From positions 101,372,001-101,436,000 of the forward strand of contig CM059431.1 in the NCBI GenBank assembly GCA_030390025.1: DNA of 64,000 nt, written 5' to 3'. A program made the translations under genes and the position numbers. Below, piece after piece: positions 61,915 to 64,000 of this stretch (position 1 is the first letter of the stretch; every line of letters starts with the position of its first letter). This stretch comes from Squalus acanthias (Eukaryota). The notes under the pieces were generated by a model. It made no database searches, was not told the DNA's origin, and was given only the letters and a program-made list of their open reading frames with translations.

Positions 61915-63669
61915 CTACAGAAAAGAGATAACAACTTTCAATGTAGCCAACCGCATATATTAATATTTAATACATACAATTAATTAGTCAGAAGTGTGTA
62001 ACCTTTATCATGCTTGACTGTAGCACCTCCCAAACTCGTACCGTGGCTGCAGTGTGTACCATCTACAAGATGCACTGCAGCAACTCGCCAAGGCTTCTTC
62101 GGCAGCACCTCCCAAACCCGCGACCTCTACCACCTAGAAGGACAAGGGCAGCAGGCGCATGGGAACGCCACCACCTCCAAGTCACACACCATCCTGACTT
62201 GGAAATATATCGGCCGTTCCTTCATCGTCTCTGGGTCAAAATCCTGGAACTTCCTCCCCAACAGCACTGTGGAAGTACCTTCACCACGCGGACTGCAGTG
62301 GTTCAAGAAGGCAGCTCACCACCACCTTCTCAAGGGCAATTAGGGATGGTCAATAAATGCTGACCTTGCCAGAGACACCCACCTTCCAAGCCCAAGAATG
62401 ATTTTTTTTGAAATAGTAAGTGTCAAATTTCCCCCCACACTTTAGCTATTTCAACAAATCATCATTATGGATTATGCACAGAACACAATTTATGTGAAAG
62501 GAAATTTGAAAAAAAACGATATTTTTACTGATACATTTACCTACTTTTCACTTATGTGCAATAAACCAAGAAATCTGAATTCGGGAGAGGGGAGATGTGC
62601 AAAGGATATTTTTTTAGTGAAATAACATAAGCTAACTGACTCAACAGGTGAGTAATCAGGGTCAGTTTGCTGCTAAATGTTTTTGATCTGTTTCCTGTTT
62701 TAACATTTCCAATACGAAGCTTCGGGGTCACTGTTTCCTCTTGTAACTATTTTTGATGTTTTACAGTTTTCATATATTCTTCACATCTCGTTAAAAGTCT
62801 GTTCGAATGTCTTTTGAGCATGAAACATTATAATGTTTTCAGAAACATAATCAGCGCACTGTTTGTCATAAAGCCCGAGGCATTTATTTTCAGCAACTTA
62901 AAGTGATGTAGTGTGAGGCAATGGAACATTTTCTTTTTTTACGCCTTGTGTTGCCATTAAGCTCTCTCTGGTCATGAACAACTCTCTCCATTCCATTCCA
63001 CCCCAACAATGTACCCTAACCCCAACCTCAGAACACCTCCTACAGTATGACATTTCCAGTCAGTGGCTAACAACATCTCCGAGCTTCAGTGAATCATAAA
63101 TAACAACAACTTGCATTTACATAGCGCTTTGAACGTAAGGAGATATTAGGACAGATGACCAAAAGCTTGGTCAAAGAGGTCAGTTTTAAGGAGTGTCTTT
63201 CAGGAGGAAAGAGCGGTAGAGAGGTTTAAAGGAAGGCAAGTCCAGGGCATAGGGCCTTGGCAGCTGAAGGCGCGGCCGCCAATAGCGGAGCGATTAAAAT
63301 CAGCAGTGGTCAAGAGGCCAGAATTGGAGGAGCGCAGAGATCTCGAAGGGTTGTAGGGTGGAGGAGGTTACAGAGATAGGGAGGGGCGAGGCCATGGAGG
63401 GATTTGAAAACAAGGATGAGGATTTTAAAATCGAGGCGTTGCCGGACCGGGAGCCAATGTAGGTCAGCGAGCACAGGGGTGATGGGTGAACGGGACTTGG
63501 TGCGAGTTAGGATACGGGCAGCAGAGTTTTGGATGCACTGAAGTTTGCAGAGGGTGCAATTCTATCAAAGTTTCAGAATGAGGAAGCAAGACAAGATACA
63601 AATCATTCTAGTTTATGCTGAAGACACAAATATAACTGAAGGGTAAAATGTTCAATAAATGATACATAC

Positions 63670-63789
63670 TGCAAATTTTCGGCTGCCGTATCTTCTTTCA
63701 AAAATTCTAAAATTGTAGATAAGAAGGCAACTGCAGAATAAGTCTTTCAGGTCGAGGCAAATAATCCGAGAAGAGATCATTCTCCATAT
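63670..63789 (-). CDS. UBAC2: UBAC2 internal coding exon (120 nt; equivalent of human exon 3)
   Basis: tttcag|ATATGG acceptor and GCA|gtatgt donor. Encodes IWRMISSRIICLDLKDLFCSCLLIYNFRIFERRYGSRKFA, close to recalled human UBAC2 IWRLICGRIICLDLKDTFCSSLLIYNFRIFERRYGSRKFA. Confidence 0.95.
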
Positions 63790-64000
63790 CTGAAAGAGAT
63801 CAAAAATCACAAATTCAAAACGGTAACTGTATAAGAATAGGAGCACAGACAGAGTGTCTGTACAGATAACACCTGCTCCGTGTGATCATCTGCACTGGTT
63901 TCAATCGTCTGAGGGGGTCGGAGAGCAATTTTCCAAAATAATTGTTCCCTTATTGGCTCAATGGGGGCGGGGGGGGAGGGAGGGAGGGAGGGGGAAGGGG

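Overview
This is vertebrate genomic DNA, most likely from a shark or other cartilaginous fish (inferred from Deu-domain SINEs, an HE1-like V-SINE, abundant CR1/L2 LINEs and Penelope elements). Host genes: two coding exons of UBAC2 on the minus strand (63670-63789, 61808-61914), and the single-coding-exon GPCR GPR18 on the plus strand (54688-55668), nested antisense in the following large UBAC2 intron as in mammals. That intron appears to cover the rest of the window. The rest is dense transposable-element DNA. The most informative structure is a nest at 26143-33761: a hAT transposon carries (i) a young, nearly intact two-gene Harbinger/PIF transposon with an intact DDE transposase and a convergent 3-exon Myb/SANT(MADF)-like gene, and (ii) a Penelope GIY-YIG fragment whose removal restores a 604-aa BED-hAT transposase ORF. 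Two non-autonomous relatives of that Harbinger, a second decayed Harbinger, several MITEs, a solo LTR and two minisatellites are also present. Penelope-derived hammerhead ribozyme motifs occur at several sites, two of them as ~90-bp-arm palindromes with a ribozyme on each strand. There is no CRISPR or prokaryotic system. All identifications come from reading the sequence and recalling protein families; no database search was run.
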